From positions 36,146,001-36,210,000 of the forward strand of contig OZ296653.1 in NCBI GenBank assembly GCA_965655095.1: a stretch of 64,000 bases of DNA. Reading direction: 5' to 3'. Below are positions 48,961 to 62,679 of this stretch, piece after piece (the stretch's first letter is position 1; each line of letters begins with the position of its first letter). This DNA is from Haplodiscus bocki (taxonomy: Eukaryota). Position numbers and translations under genes: made by a program. The notes under the pieces were generated by a model. The model did no database searches and was not told the DNA's origin. It saw only the letters and a program-made list of their open reading frames with translations.

Positions 48961-50907
48961 AATCAAAATTGAATTAATATCTTTCTAGGAGGTATGGAAT
49001 ATGAAAAGTGACAACATGGTACAAAATGGTTTTTCTCAAACTTTTGAAAAAAAAGTGTTTTGTTATTTTCAAAGTGTTCGTTGTTATAGAAGCAACAATC
49101 AGGATTCGCATAAGGACTGACTCCTGCCTGCAGTCAGTCTGCAGCAATGTACATTTAAAGCATCGTTCAACTGATTCTTTATTTTTATTAGTTTTTACGA
49201 AGAAAATTTAAACTATTTTCATTTAAATGATTCTGATTAGGTTCAAAAATCTAAAATGGTCAAAATTTCAAGATTTTAAGCTCAATTTCATTCAAGTTGA
49301 CGCCAAATAAAAGCTTTCCGAAGTAAAATTCATTGACTCAGCGATTACAAGCTATTGAGAAAGAATTTTTGAAAAAAATTGCTAAGACAATACTTATGTG
49401 ATCAGATAAACTTTAGACAATTTTGTGCTTTTGGGAAAAAATAAAAAGTCAAAAGATTCCTTTGAATTTCTTGATTCCTTTAAATCAAAAAAAGCCTTCA
49501 AAAATAATACACTGTAAATCACTGTCCATTTGGTTCAGGAAAATACTAGTCCAGTTTTCAGACTGGTTAAGATTAATATCTCAGCCGTTCAATAATATTT
49601 TGATATGGAAGTTGTCATATGCAGCACCAAGTGCATACTACTTTGTATCCAATTATGCTTATACATTTTCATGAACTCGAGCAACCCTTACCGTTATTTT
49701 GGCCAGAAAGTCTCCGTATTCATCCAACTTCCTCCCCATAATAGTTCTCTTGTGTCTGTTTTATATGCAGTCATGATTTAAAATATTGCGATTATACATT
49801 TATAAAATGTCAATTTTACGCACGGATAACTTCGCGAATATTCATTTCGGACAAAAGCAGCAAAAACAAAATAATCTTGAAAAGTTCAAAAAAATTATAG
49901 CATTTGAAAAACCTCCAACGAAGAGAGCAAAAATAAAGAACTTCGTTTTTGCCAAGTTTTTCAGTTTTTTGTAAATTTCATAACATTAGAAAATATATTT
50001 GTCGCGAGCTGCCGCCTGCGACGGACAAACATACGACATCACCTACGGCAGTGCCCACAATGAGACACACGGGGGATATTTCCTCTTATTCCAGTACGGA
50101 AACGACAACTAAAACTATTACATTCAGTAATATTTATAATGTCGTTTATGAAAAAAGAGCCTCAAATAAGTGTACATGTATAGCAAATATATGCAACGAA
50201 AGAAAACGCCAAAGTGAAGTCAATCACACTCAAAATAATGCGGTAAGACATAAACAAACAGTATTCGGGGCTACTTTTTTTATTGGCTACTAACTGGATA
50301 TCAAATCAAGTCATTCAATTATGGCAGTGCTTGACAATTAAAATTAATCCACGGTCAAAATAGCTTGCGTTCACTGCTAATTAACCGACCAGAAACAAAG
50401 GCAGCGACACTAAGTAAGTGAAAGGCTGGTCTTTTGACTGGTTTAAGATCGAACAAAGAAAATGACGACTTACACTACTGGTAAAGCTTTCAAAAGACAG
50501 TAAAGGTGCCGTAATTAGTCCCATTGACATATTGGATGAATGTTGTTGATCAGAGCAATTTTATACAATAACCATCCCTATTTGAAATAGGACTACATAA
50601 GTTCAACTTGTGACCACAAAAACGTTTCCAATAATAGTGTACGTTATACATGTGTTTTATGAAATCTTTACCAAAAGAGCGAAACTCAGTGATGTGAATT
50701 AAACAATAGACGCTATATTATGAGAACAGAACTCCAATGGACCAACAGATTGTGTTTTTAGTGATATCTTGCCTTTTCGAGCTGTTTTAGAAAGACGGTC
50801 ACAATATTCTTTGGGACCGGTCTTTCAGCTAGCTATATGGGCAAACACCGGTCACGCATAAAGAACTTGACATAATCTTAAAGTTAGCCCCAGAGTGCAG
50901 TTGAAAG

Positions 50908-51937
50908 CGTTCTAACACGCCTTGCGGCCGCAGAACCAGCTTGTGAGCTCATGCAGAGGCTTCACTCGTTCACTGCATGCTCTTCTCATGAAGTGTATTT
51001 CTTTTTGGGAAAACCGTAGTTATACCTTAAGTGCTTTCCATCTTGCTGCTATATATAACAAATATCAAATGACTTCATGTAAATGTGGTACAATTTCCTT
51101 CGATGTTATTTATAGTTTCAGTTGCAGTTCTGTTTGCAATTGTGCCGTCATGTAACGATATACTCTGATTGGAGGCCGAACCGGAAGTCAATGGAGGGGA
51201 CATGACCGACAGTTGACCAAGAGGAGAAAAATTCACTCGAAAAACAGAAAGAAGGACAATAGATTGCTTCCAAAACCTTTAAAATTGGTTTGTTATTATC
51301 ATTCTGATCAATCTTGTGTCTGTTTAGAATGAGTTAACTTGTTTAATAGATTTGGTTAATTCACGTGTTGATTTCATTATGGTTCCTACTCGAAAACTGA
51401 GACAACAAAACAAGAGACTTATTGGTCAGTTCAGCGAATCCGATACTGATTTCATGATTGGATAAAACCATCATGAACCCCGAATCGAGGAAAGAGTTAA
51501 CGCGGATGATGGAGTTATATCTTTAAATAACGCAAACAAACCAACTCAATTTAGTGGTTCACAAGTGGATATTCAGACACTTGAGAAAATTTTTTAAATA
51601 AAGTGCGAAGTGAATTGGATAGTGTGATAACAATAGTCAAAAGCAGAATAAAGGATGCAAAATTGACTGCAATAGAGAATTTGATGAATCCGAGAGTAGA
51701 ACTTGCCATGAAGTCAGTAAATGCGTAATCTGGACGTGGGATCGAAAAGGTTGTATAGTATCTTGACTAGGAGGGTTCTTCAGGAAAGATCGGAGGCCTT
51801 CAAATGACCATTTCAAATAAAATAAACTCGCACAAAGACCTAAATAGAATCAATGAGACTCGGGGTAATTTTACCGTAAAGGGAGATGATTTGACGGTCA
51901 ACGAAACGAATTTTGACCGGCAAACACACACTCATCA
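50908..51937 (+). mobile_element. Solo-LTR-like element (family D) with decayed gag-like 5' end
   Basis: Start CGTTCTAACACGCC resembles TGTTGCAACACACC of copy C; decayed frame from ATG 51379 (MVPTRKLRQQNKRL...PRVELAMKSVNA...FDRQTHTH) ends abruptly at ACTCATCA, similar to the ACACATCACA end of copy B. No TSD seen. Confidence 0.5.
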
Positions 51938-53174
51938 ACTAATGTTAAAATTTTATTCAATCAATTCTTGCCCCCGACTTTTCTGTGACAGATAATATCA
52001 TCTGGTTGCACAAAGTTTTCAAAAACTACTCCAAAAACTACATTCAAGCTGCTAAATTTTGAAAATCAAGGTGCTAAAATAGCATGTCAAACTTATACTT
52101 TCATTTCTTGCAATTTTTCCGGGAAACTCACAGTTTTGAAAAAGAATGTTGAATATAAAAGCTTTTGGAGATAAACAAGACTGAATATACACAAACTTTT
52201 GTCGACTGAGTTGCGTCACTGTCAAATTTTTTTTTCAAAAACGACAAAAGTTCGTCAAAATACGCAAAGCTTACATAATTCACTTGCTGAAGTTTGGGGT
52301 GCGGTTTTCCACCTTTTTTTATCCATGTGTGATGTCAAATAAATCAACCATCTGATGGCCCTTTGAATGAGTTTTCCGAGAGCACTTGTCAAATCCGCGT
52401 GAGACAAATACTGAGTTACGTATAAATTCCTGAATTTATGCCTCTGTTCTGTATGTATGACTCAACTATGAAGAAAGAAAAAGATTTTGAGGCAAGTTCT
52501 ATAACTGAAAAATGGATAGAAGTCTAAGTTCGATTTTTCATACTACTTCACCCCCCTACACCGCTATGAAACGGATTATGTATTATCAAACACATTATAT
52601 AGCATTTGAAAATAAGTATTGCTGAGCATTTTATGAAATAGCGGTACCATTACACCAGAACGAACGGTGCAGAAATAACCTGAAAAATGTAACATATTGG
52701 CGATACATTCTGGCTACATTTCAAAAGTTAAACTTCATATTCAGACAGTAACAGACACCGGCAAGCGTTGACCGGCATCTTCCATTTTTACGCGTGCCCT
52801 GTGTTTAGCAGTAACTCCACCAATGAGACTATAAATCAAACAAATGAGCTGAATCTACACCACACCGGAAAACATCCAAGCTGGCGTGTTCTTCCCCACA
52901 ATCTAATTCAATCTACAGTAGACAAACAGGGGAACTTTCCAAAGGGGAAAACAGACACTCACTGCAAATAGGTGTAACACAAGTAGAATGGATTAGGACA
53001 AAGTATAGGAATACATCGTTTTCCAGCCCTCCAGAATGGAGAACGGTGACTTATGTCCTTGTAACTGGTCTGCCGACAAAAACCAATGGATTAGATTTCA
53101 CAACTATAAGCAAGATATACAACATCGGTTTCCTTTGGAAGGCGGAGTTACTTCCAAGCTCAGTTATTATCCGA

Positions 53175-54390
53175 TGTCCGAGTACGAAATTGACTAAGTG
53201 ATGTATAACACAAATTATGGGATGTCCTATTCAGTAATTACATGAAATGGTGCTTACACAGACCTTACCCGATGTCTGATGACCCGTAAATTTGAGTGCA
53301 GCTGATGTATCAGCTTAGAAGACATTTTCCCACGTCCCAGAGTGACAGTGACAGTAGAGAAGACAGCTGAACAACCGAACAAGTTAATACATCAAGATAC
53401 AGATAAATTGCGATGTCTGCATAATTCAAGCACTCTCCTAGATCTACGAGACGGACATTTCTGAAGTAAATTGTAAAAATTACCGGACACCTCCATTTGA
53501 TGATTATGTGAACATAAAAGATCATACATATGTCATATGAAAAGCCTATTTTCAGTAACCGAACTATTTTTTCCGCCATTTTTAATTTCTTCTTGAACTT
53601 ACGCAAAACTTTGCATGAATATCATGCGCTTGACACCCTAGTGGCGGATTTGCGCTGCACACTTAAATGTAAGAATTAGCACCAAAAATGAAGAGCCAAT
53701 GAAAGCTCGCTGATGGTAAGAATTGCGTCTAAACATCCGTCACGTGACAGCGCAAATCCGTCTGCGAACAAAAACCGCACCATTCATTAACACAGCAGCA
53801 ATAGAGAACACAGTAACGTAGAGATATCTGCCAAGAGGACATAGAGAAAGCAGAGTTGGCCAGTACTGATCAGAAGAGTAGAAACTTTACTTGAACACAA
53901 GCATTGCTATAAATCAGTATTGATTTTCCCTTCATAGAATCGGTAAATGTTTCTCAACCAAAATATTTCTGGTGAAGTATAATTTTCAATCTTTTCAGTG
54001 CTTGTACTAGTTTTCCCCCCGACCATATATCTCCCAGAAACGGCAAAGTTTACAGTCAGAAATTACATCTAAATTTGTCCGTGAAAGCTGAAAACACCGC
54101 TGATGCACCCGCAGCGCGTGATTTGGAAAGAATGTTTAAACCCATCAACGGAATCTTTCCTGAATTGATGGAGGAAAGAATTAAGGTAAACTTAGAACCC
54201 CTGAATGAGCAGATATCGACGTTGACTCAACTGCTGAAGCAAGTAGATCAAGAAACTCTGCATGTAACTCCCGAATGGTGGGTTCCCGGTACTCATAAGA
54301 CAGAGTCAAGCCACTGACCCAGTGTTGAAGTGGCATTCTCTAGAACCCTGCCAGGAAATGCAAGCGGGAGTATGGGAATTCCGCCCGACA
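53175..54390 (+). mobile_element. Solo-LTR-like element (family E) with decayed gag-like 5' end; left boundary uncertain
   Basis: TGTCCGAG...CCCGACA termini; CCAAT (~53696) and TATAAAT (~53908); decayed frame from ~54025 (MEERIKVNLEPLNEQISTLTQLL) ending GIPPD+A at 54390. TSD not found. Confidence 0.5.
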
Positions 54391-56029
54391 GTACTTTTGC
54401 TTACTGTGATCTCCTGTTGTTTACTTCTCGACTTAGGATTTTGTAAAGCGTATTAAAATTGCTTAGTCGCAATATTCGAAATCATGAACGTACAGGTGGG
54501 TGAAACAACATTGCAATAAATTATCATGATCTGAAATATTTTCTCTACAGGTTTTCCTTCGCTAAGAATCGAATCCGCAATTTCCAGGGAGCTATTTGTG
54601 TCTTGAAAATTCTTTTTTATAAGCTAATATTCGGTGCACAAATAATAATATGGAAGGAAAAATTGTCATGTTTTTTGAAGTACGGCGGACCCTTCTTTTT
54701 TATAAAAGTTCTTGTATTTCTATTAAATGGAAAACTGTACCGTCATTTAAAATTTTCTTTAAAATGTTTGATTTTACCAGAGGTCTTTTGAAAGATTCTA
54801 AAGTAAGGAGTCAATTTCTAGTGAATTTTGCTAATTTTTACCAATATCTGTATTAATGCAAACCCCTTGTGGACTTGAAGTTTCAAGGAAAATGGAGATA
54901 AGTGCATTTTGTTAAGGTAATTTCCCGTTGAGGTATGCAACATAACATAGCCAGAAATATGGTTGGGGTGTTTTCGATTTCCGGAGTCTGGCTTTCCAGA
55001 ATTTTGTTGAGATAGAAATCAAAAGCAGCGTGGAAGCAGATTAGCTTTCTTCTCTGGTTAGCTGTAGCTGAGACCGGACCGGCTGCTTAAGTATATCCCC
55101 TGGCATGGAGCGAAAGGGAACAGAACATAACAGAATGTATCGGATCAGAACCCCCAAGTGCAATTTTTATTTCTTCATCTTCAATCAAGCAAAATGGGAA
55201 CACGCGAACATGCATATTATTCCTCAAATATCCGTGTCGCATAATATAAATTAGTGTAGATATACATATACAGGTATGTAATATAGATGAAATACATGCG
55301 CGCAACATTTTATTGTTATAGCAAATAATTCTTGCTTCAATGAATAAAAAGAATGGCGGGTTGGATTACAATATCTGGAAGTGGAGCAAGGATAGGAACA
55401 GAGAGGGGAGAGAAAAAATGAAGAAAAAGAGAAGGCGTTTCCTCTTCCTTCTTCTTCCCGGTTTTCTATTCCCTTGCTGCGTCTCCCCCCAACCAACCCC
55501 TCCCCCCACACACACAACCCCCCTCACGGGCGTGTTGCCATTGAAATTGGTGTTAAAGTAGAACGGAAAGTGAGTGAAAGGAATTGAAGAAGAAAATAAG
55601 AGAAGGGACGATATTAGTTAGCAGCATTAATAACATGCACTCTCGTCGGTTATACTCTCCTCCGCCTTGGTAGTTTTTCATTGCTCGCTTATTATTCTTC
55701 AACATTTCCGCCATTTTTTATTCACAATTATTGGACGCCTTACTGTTCCGTGCCATGGCAATCCATGGGAAGAGACTGAGGAGAAAGAAAAACTGGAGGA
55801 TATATATCCCTTCATAATTCAGCTCAACTCCACAATCTAATTTCATTCCGAGGCTTTGCTTACACAAACATAATTTTCCAATGCCACCGATACACCGGAC
55901 ACATAATACGCAACACATACACATAAAGATACACACACATACAGCACGTGTATAAAGTTACGAACAGCCCCTGAAAGTGCGAAGAAAAAAGGAATGTGCT
56001 GGAGGTCGGCGACTGCTATGGCGGCATTC

Positions 56030-56210
56030 CTCAATCCAATCGGCTTTGCTTTCTGTGGCACCAAACAACCGGCTAGCTGCTTACCACCATAATTCCCATA
56101 TTTACTGCATTTCCCTTCTCTGCTGGCTCTGTCTTCTAATAGTAGCGGCGGCCGTTTTGGTATTATATAAAAGCAGAAGGGATTTTGAGGATAGCTAGTA
56201 AAGGAGTTGT
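56030..56210 (+). promoter_or_regulatory. Probable core promoter of the host gene (CCAAT + TATA)
   Basis: CCAAT ~56036, TATATAAAAG 56164-56173, within a ~2.5-kb TE-free stretch upstream of the coding exon; possible UTR donor AAG|GTAATT at 56919. Confidence 0.45.
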
Positions 56211-57571
56211 CACTCCACTACTCGCTCTTGCCTCTCTCTATGGTTGTTTCCTGTTTAAAAAGAAGCAAAATTCATTCGTAAAAAAGACGAGACCTAATAC
56301 CGGTGGTTGTCCCTGCACGTACAAGTAGCTAGCTTTTCTCCTCTCTGTTCTAACACCTCACGTTCATCAACACATTAATTTACATAACTGGTGTTGAAAA
56401 CATCCTTTTCTCTTTTTAGCAGCAACAAAAAAATACAAAAAGAGCGGATGTTTCAACACTACCACCAATACCACCAACTAGAAACAGAAGCAATAGAAAC
56501 AAAAAAGTAAGCAGCAAAAAATAGTCTCTCCACTCAACTTATTCCAATTTTTCTCTTCTAAGTATTCAGACATCCATCTATATTATCTGTTCCTCAATCC
56601 TTTCCAAACAACTCGCACGGGGCGAAAAAGTAAAAAGAGTGGTGTAAAGAAGAAAGGCTACGCAGATAATATTAGGTCGGTCACCTGGCATCATATTATA
56701 TTCTCTCTACCTTCAGTTCAGTTCTTTCGTTCATTCATTTATCCTACCTTCTCCTTCTCCCGCTATTTGTGTTCTATTCAATTCACTTAGTCAAGCAAAC
56801 CAGCCACCAACTTTAGTATCCATTTTTGGACATTTTTATCTTTACTACCTCATTGTTGTTTTATAATTCCGCTTCCCGTCGTTTTATTTACACTAATTGT
56901 AACCTTCTGAATGCAAAGGTAATTATTCTGCCGCATAAATCCACAAAAAGCTTCTTTTTATTTAAAAAAAAAAAACATTTTCAATTCCACTTGGTTGCTT
57001 TTCTGACATCGCTTTGCATAAAAATTGCTTATTGAGCTTCCAAAAACAATTTCATACCTTGATTCTAATGACGCGAATACAGAACCAAAGGTCGCAAGAA
57101 CAGTTTGATTGTTTTGTCCGCCACAAAATAAACTATAAAACCACGGGATTTACAGGAAATAAATAAAAATAACCATCTGTATCTTCCGACCGACATTCCT
57201 GTGTTTTTATTTTCCAACTTTTGCTGTTTAGAAAAACAAGAAGCGTATGCAAAGGAAAAGAACATCACAGCCTGAAAGATCGCAGGCATACCATTCAATC
57301 TTTTCCATTCACTCATCCACTTTTGCTTTCTCCCAAAATGCACGGTTGGGTCAAAGTGCCAAATTGACGTCACGTCTGGATCAGCAAAACTTAGAAATAT
57401 ATTTGCATAAATTATGAAGACGACCAATTGTGTAAACTCTCTTGAAAAAGCACTACACTACATCATGTTGTGAACTACTTGAAAGACAGCGGCAAATTGT
57501 TCATTCTGTTCAAAGAAGAAAAGCAATCATCGGAAACAAAATAAAGACTCGCCTCAACCCACGTGAGCAAA

Positions 57572-57803
57572 ATGTCCTTCGAGGAAAGAAAAAGCAACTA
57601 TGTGCACACACCTGATTGCGGCCCATCTTCCGCGACCTCGTCTTCGTACCCCCCAAGTGTGAAGTATGACAAAGTTGATGGGTGCAAGATTGACATTGTT
57701 CTCCTGCCCGCGGACGAAGTTGGCCTGCCCGCCCAGTTCAGCCCCGGAGACCGCGTCATGGGGTACATCTATTGTCTTTTGACAAAGGCATTGGTTTGCA
57801 CAG
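57572..57803 (+). CDS. First coding exon of a host alpha-arrestin (arrestin-domain-containing, ARRDC-like) gene
   Basis: AAAATG start; GC-rich coding-like composition; KIDIVLL...QFSPGDRVMGYIYCLLTKAL matches the Arrestin_N start (I.I.L...Y/F.PGD.V.G.V.L); ends at phase-1 donor CAG|GTTAGT. No further exon identified in the window. Confidence 0.65.
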
Positions 57804-57983
57804 GTTAGTTTCACATTTCAGTTTTTGAATCTGACTAAATCTGACCACCATGCAAAAAACAGGAAATAAACTTCAAGAATCTCATGCAAGAGTATGGGCT
57901 ACATGAATATCTTCAGCTAGTCATAATGTGTAACCGTGCATGGTTGTCATGCTTCCAAAAATTAAGCTCAGAAACAAGAGAGC

Positions 57984-58320
57984 AGAATGCAATTAATGGC
58001 TTCGAGTTTCCATGATCAGCATCATACTATGTTTCAATTAATGGTTTGAAAATTTGAAAGTTTTATTTCCTTGAACGTATATATAAATATTCAAGCATGA
58101 TACTTATTATAATCATATTATTTACAATCGTTCAAACAGGACAGAAAAGGAGCAAAGTCAGCTCCTCGAGTTTCTGCCCTGTACCTTAGAGAACCAAAAT
58201 TCAGGCCAACTCATACTATATGCCTGGTTACTGTTATAACAATTGTAACTAGGCAAATCATTGATTGAAACATAGTATGATGCAGATCATGGAAACTCGA
58301 GAAGCAATTAATTGCGTTCT
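57984..58320. mobile_element. Intronic MITE/foldback with ~60-bp TIRs
   Basis: AGAATGCAATTAATGGCTTCGAGTTTCCATGATCAGCATCATACTATGTTTCAATTAATG is inverted at 58260-58320; flanks GCTCAGAAA/ACTCTGAAA may be a 9-bp TSD (Mutator-like). Confidence 0.75.
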
Positions 58321-59137
58321 AATCTTCCCACTCTGAAAACATAGAACCAGTATTTATACTTTCAATTGTTTGGACCATAGTGGCCGTTTTTAGCGAATTA
58401 GCAAAAATATTCAAAACGTGAATTCGCTGTCAAAACTTTTTAAACATTTCGGAAAGTGGGAGGTAAAAGTGCGAAGAGTGTCATTATATTGATGGCAGAC
58501 GAAATCAACAACCTGGAATAGCTTTACGAAAGGGACTGCATAAAATGGAAATCAATGGCAATGCGATGAGGCTTAGACAAAAATTGAATTATATTGGTTG
58601 ACCACAAACAAAAGAGACAAAGGATGAAAGAGCAGTCAGATTGTGAAAAATAGCAACTTGAGGAGTCACAGCATGACTTTCATGACGGGTCAACTCGGTA
58701 TGGCCAACTCAAATTCAAAACGTTTTTAGTTTATTAATTAGCTGTATTGCGCGTTACTCAGTTCAATTCCAGTTTTTCGAAAAAAATTTTGATCATTAAC
58801 CCAGTTGAGATCTCCAGTCATCATGATAAACTTGCAAGGTGATTGTTATTTTACAACTTATTCTTGAAGATGAATGAAAAATCATTCAATAAGTAGGGCC
58901 GTCTTAATTTTTTCTCCAGTCAACATTGCCAATTTAACTCACCGGCAAAAGCCTTGATCTCATGGATTATCAACAAAAACTTTCAGGTTTATAATCAAAC
59001 AGGCCGCCTCATCTCCGTTCTCACAGTCTTTGATAGGTCCATCCTCGATGTAGAAATTGAAGCCAAGGGCTATTTGCAGGGGTCTTTTGAAACAATTCGG
59101 ATGTTAGACTTTTTTGCGTTTTCGCCTTTTTCGCCTT

Positions 59138-59609
59138 TATTATTTTTTGCCGCATATGTAATATGCAAGAACAATTATTCATTATTCATTCAGTAGGGTC
59201 GTTTTTCTTTTTTTTTCAGACCAAAATTGCCAACTTTTTTATTCAAAAATAAATGACAGCGGTAGGCTTAGGACAACAAGGTTCTCAAGCAGTAGGTTCG
59301 AGGTTCGAGTCACTGCCCTGCCAAAAATTTTCAAGATTTATCCTTAACATTTTTCGATACCCCGAAACTTTCTGAAACACAGAAGGGTTCCTCTACGAAA
59401 TTTTTCGGCACTGTGAGACGAAAGTTTTTCAAGGGAAAATCGTGATACTTTTTTGCATAAAGTACAGAAATCAGTGGTGGAATTGATTTGTAAAAACTCT
59501 TTGAAAACTAATTTCAAAACACTAGTTTTATTTTTAACCGTTTGCAAAAGTTGATCAAACTATTTGTAGTTGGGCGAAAAATATGCCGGTGCCAGCCGGC
59601 CGTCTTGTT
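59138..59609 (+). mobile_element. HINE subfamily carrying a tRNA-like segment
   Basis: 5' TATTTTTTGCCGC; 3' GGGCGAAAAATAT + hairpin GCCGG-TGCCAG-CCGGC + CGTCTTGTT. Confidence 0.65.
59255..59323 (+). pseudogene. tRNA-derived (SINE-head-like) sequence, not a functional tRNA
   Basis: B-box GGTTCGAGTC 59302-59311, acceptor-like ends GACAG...CTGCCA; cloverleaf incomplete. Confidence 0.45.
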
Positions 59610-62299
59610 TAATCATCTTCCAAGCCAGTTGGCTAATATTTACTTCCACAATCATTGGATTGTAAAAGCGTTTTAAGTCAGATAGTATAACAAAATTTAG
59701 GAGACTTAGCATCCAAAATGCTGAGGCAAGTTTAAAAATTGAACAAACATTTACGAACGACTTAACAATTCAAACGTTAAGCCGAGCTTTTATAATCATT
59801 TCCGGAAAAAAACTTGAAAGTAAAAGTGACCAAATTGTTCACCGGTGAGTTTTTATATACTGGGGAAAAATTTAAAAAACGTATTCACAAAATCATGTAT
59901 TTTTTTCAAAAATAGAGAAATAAGCCGAAGTTGACTTTGTGTTTGAAAAAATCAATGAAATCTGAAATGAGTAGACTTTCTGAAACGATGTTGTGAAAAT
60001 AAGATCTCAATTACCAAGCTTAAAATTTACTGAGATTAATCAAGTGACTGCATTGCTCCACAGTTCAGCTTCTTAAAGGAACAAGTCGACGACTTTTCGA
60101 TTACAACAAATCAACGAATATCCGCCTGATTTTACAAAATAAAAAGACCGAATCAATTTTTTTGCAGATAAGTATTCCTGGGAAACACTTTGACAAAAAT
60201 ACAAAAAATGCATGATCATGCTCTAGTCACTATCTTTGAGTGGTTGAATATACCTGAGGTGGTTGAAAAAAAGGCATCAAATCGGTTCTTAAATCAGTTA
60301 CCACATGCATAACAAAACCTGGATGACGCAGAGGCTTTTAAATTTGTTTCCACGCCTTAAAATTTAGCTGCGCGTTCTGATTTTTCCATTTTGTGTTAAT
60401 TTTTTCTAATAGTATAACTCACCGGCAAAATTCCTGATCTCATCAAACATTATTTATAGATTTTCGGAAACTGCAAGGAGTAAATCAGCAAAAAAATCGA
60501 TTTTTATGGTCTAATGTAAAAGTTTCCGCCCTTTCTTGTCTCTTTCTAGTTATTTACGGAATCGCTCGGCTGCAATTTTTCTCCACAATTTTTTTGTTGT
60601 AAGGGCTCGAATATTTCCTGTACCATATATTTTTATGGTTTTACTAAAATTTGTCACAAGAACTTTTACCCAATGGGTAGTACAACATGATTCGGAGGCG
60701 CTAAACACGATTTCGATTAGCAGCATTGCTTCTTATCATTACGATTTTGAGAATCATTTTTTAAATTTCCGCCTCATCTCGTTATCTGTGGAAATATTTC
60801 ATGTGGCCAGGACCTTTTTTGAGCTTAATTGTCAACTCCAAGATTGCCCAATTTCTGGCTGGCATCTTCTTGGTGTCTAAGTCGAAGCAGGTTTTGCGCA
60901 GAATGCAGATAAAACAGTAATATTTCTTAAAAATGTGCAAAAATTGGTCTTTCTGAACAAGAATTTTGGGAAAAATCGATTTTTTCAAAATCGATAATAG
61001 GTAAAAGGTGATCAATTTGCTGCAAAATGTGAATGAAAAAATGAAATTTCCATTGAGAGCTTTCTTTCCCAGACAATATTTTGGGGGTTTTTGCACATTT
61101 ATTTGAAATTTGACAAAGTGTTGGAATTAATGTAGAAAGCGTAGAAAAGAGAGTTTTTCTGGATAACATTTTTTCCAACTTTGAGTTGGCCGAAATTATA
61201 CCAAAGATAGCCTAATATCTTGTTTCTAATCCAGTCAGAAACGAGATTTTGAGATCGGTTTTTTTAATAAAAAAAATGTAAAGAGATCATTCAATTCAGC
61301 TGTTCATTTTTCCAGACTTCGGTAATGTCAAACAGACGTCGTGCTGCAGATATATTTGCGTTTTTTACATTTCATATAAAAGATGTCACCTCATTAATGT
61401 TTCGTACCTCGCAGGTAACGGTTTAGGATCTCTTCACGAGTAGACTTTATGTTTTAACAAACTTTTTCAACTTCTAGGATACGCTTTGTCCTGAAATTCA
61501 GTTTTTCCGAACACCTTTAGAGCTTGTGGACGTTTTAGCTTCGGTTTTCCGGAAAGTATACCTTTTTTCTACCTGAATGGAACAGCTCAATTCCTTTCAA
61601 ACTTTCGAAAAAGAAATGGAAATAAACTGGCTGTCGGATAACTTTCGACGTTTCGAGTTTTTTTTTAAATTTGAAAATAATTTGCACTTCAAAAGTAAAT
61701 AAGTTGGCTTGAAAAATGCTTTCAAAAATCTGTAAAGTGTTTTTGATGGGTTTCAATAACCAAAAAGCAATTCCAAAACATTTTGCTCAAAACACTTCAT
61801 TGTGTAATTTCGATTTTTTAAATAAGTTTTGCAAGTAATATTTTCCTGGATTTCCTTCATTGAACAAAAATTGCCTATAGTTTTGATTGCACCTTCGCTC
61901 TCAATTTTAAAAATCACTTTTCGTCAAGGCTGTTGGCTTGATTTTTTACAGGAAGGTTTTAATCGACAAGTTTGTTTTTTAGAAGGTTACTCGATGAACA
62001 TAGTGTGAAAGTTCTTCTTTACATTGGAAGCCCCATTGGCTGAGATTTTTTAGTGTATTTTTCTCAATCCTCAAACTCAGTTTCTTCCAAAACTACCGAC
62101 TGCATATCCATAGAATTGGTCTCACTTGAAAGTTGCTTTTTTTTACCAGAATGTTATACAGAAGAATTTTTCGGGGTTTGTGTTATATATCCGGAGCCCG
62201 GATGAGTCGATAATGCCAAAAATGCATACAGCTACAATGGAGGAGCAATGGGGGGGACAATCTTTCCCAAAACTGGATTCAAACCGTTCTCATCATTGA

Positions 62300-62679
62300 T
62301 TATTTTCAGCGCAATTTTATGATATAAAAGGAAAATCATCCTCTGAACGCGCGTGTAATTTTTTTCCGAATGTCCGGTCGATTCTAAAATTGAAAAACTT
62401 TTAGCACGAACTTACAGCCAATTTGCCATTGAATGAAATTGAAATAATAAGTTTCTCAAATATTTACAAAATTAGGGGTTTTTTTGAAAAACAAGAAGTT
62501 TTTTTGAAGAAAAGTTTGAATGCTTCCATAATCTGTAAAGGTGGCAAATTTGCTGTAAAATTCATATCAAATAATATTTTTTGTTAAAAATTGGAAGATT
62601 TGATGAAAAAAAATTTCTTGAAGGCATCTCCATCAAAATTAGAGGGCGGAAAGTTGCCAGTGGTACCCGGCGTCTTGTC
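62300..62679 (+). mobile_element. Degraded HINE copy
   Basis: Core TAAAGGTGGCAAATTTGCTGTA.AAT as at 44510-44535; 3' end GGGCGGAAA...CCGGCGTCTTGT. Confidence 0.55.

Noticed and set aside
53198-53305. Box C/D snoRNA or hammerhead ribozyme (GTGATG...CTGA; CTGATGA)
   Set aside because: C box imperfect, no terminal stem, no GAAA partner with supporting helices; lies in LTR-like sequence.
59255-59323. Functional tRNA gene
   Set aside because: D and anticodon arms do not pair properly; embedded in a repeat with diverged copies.
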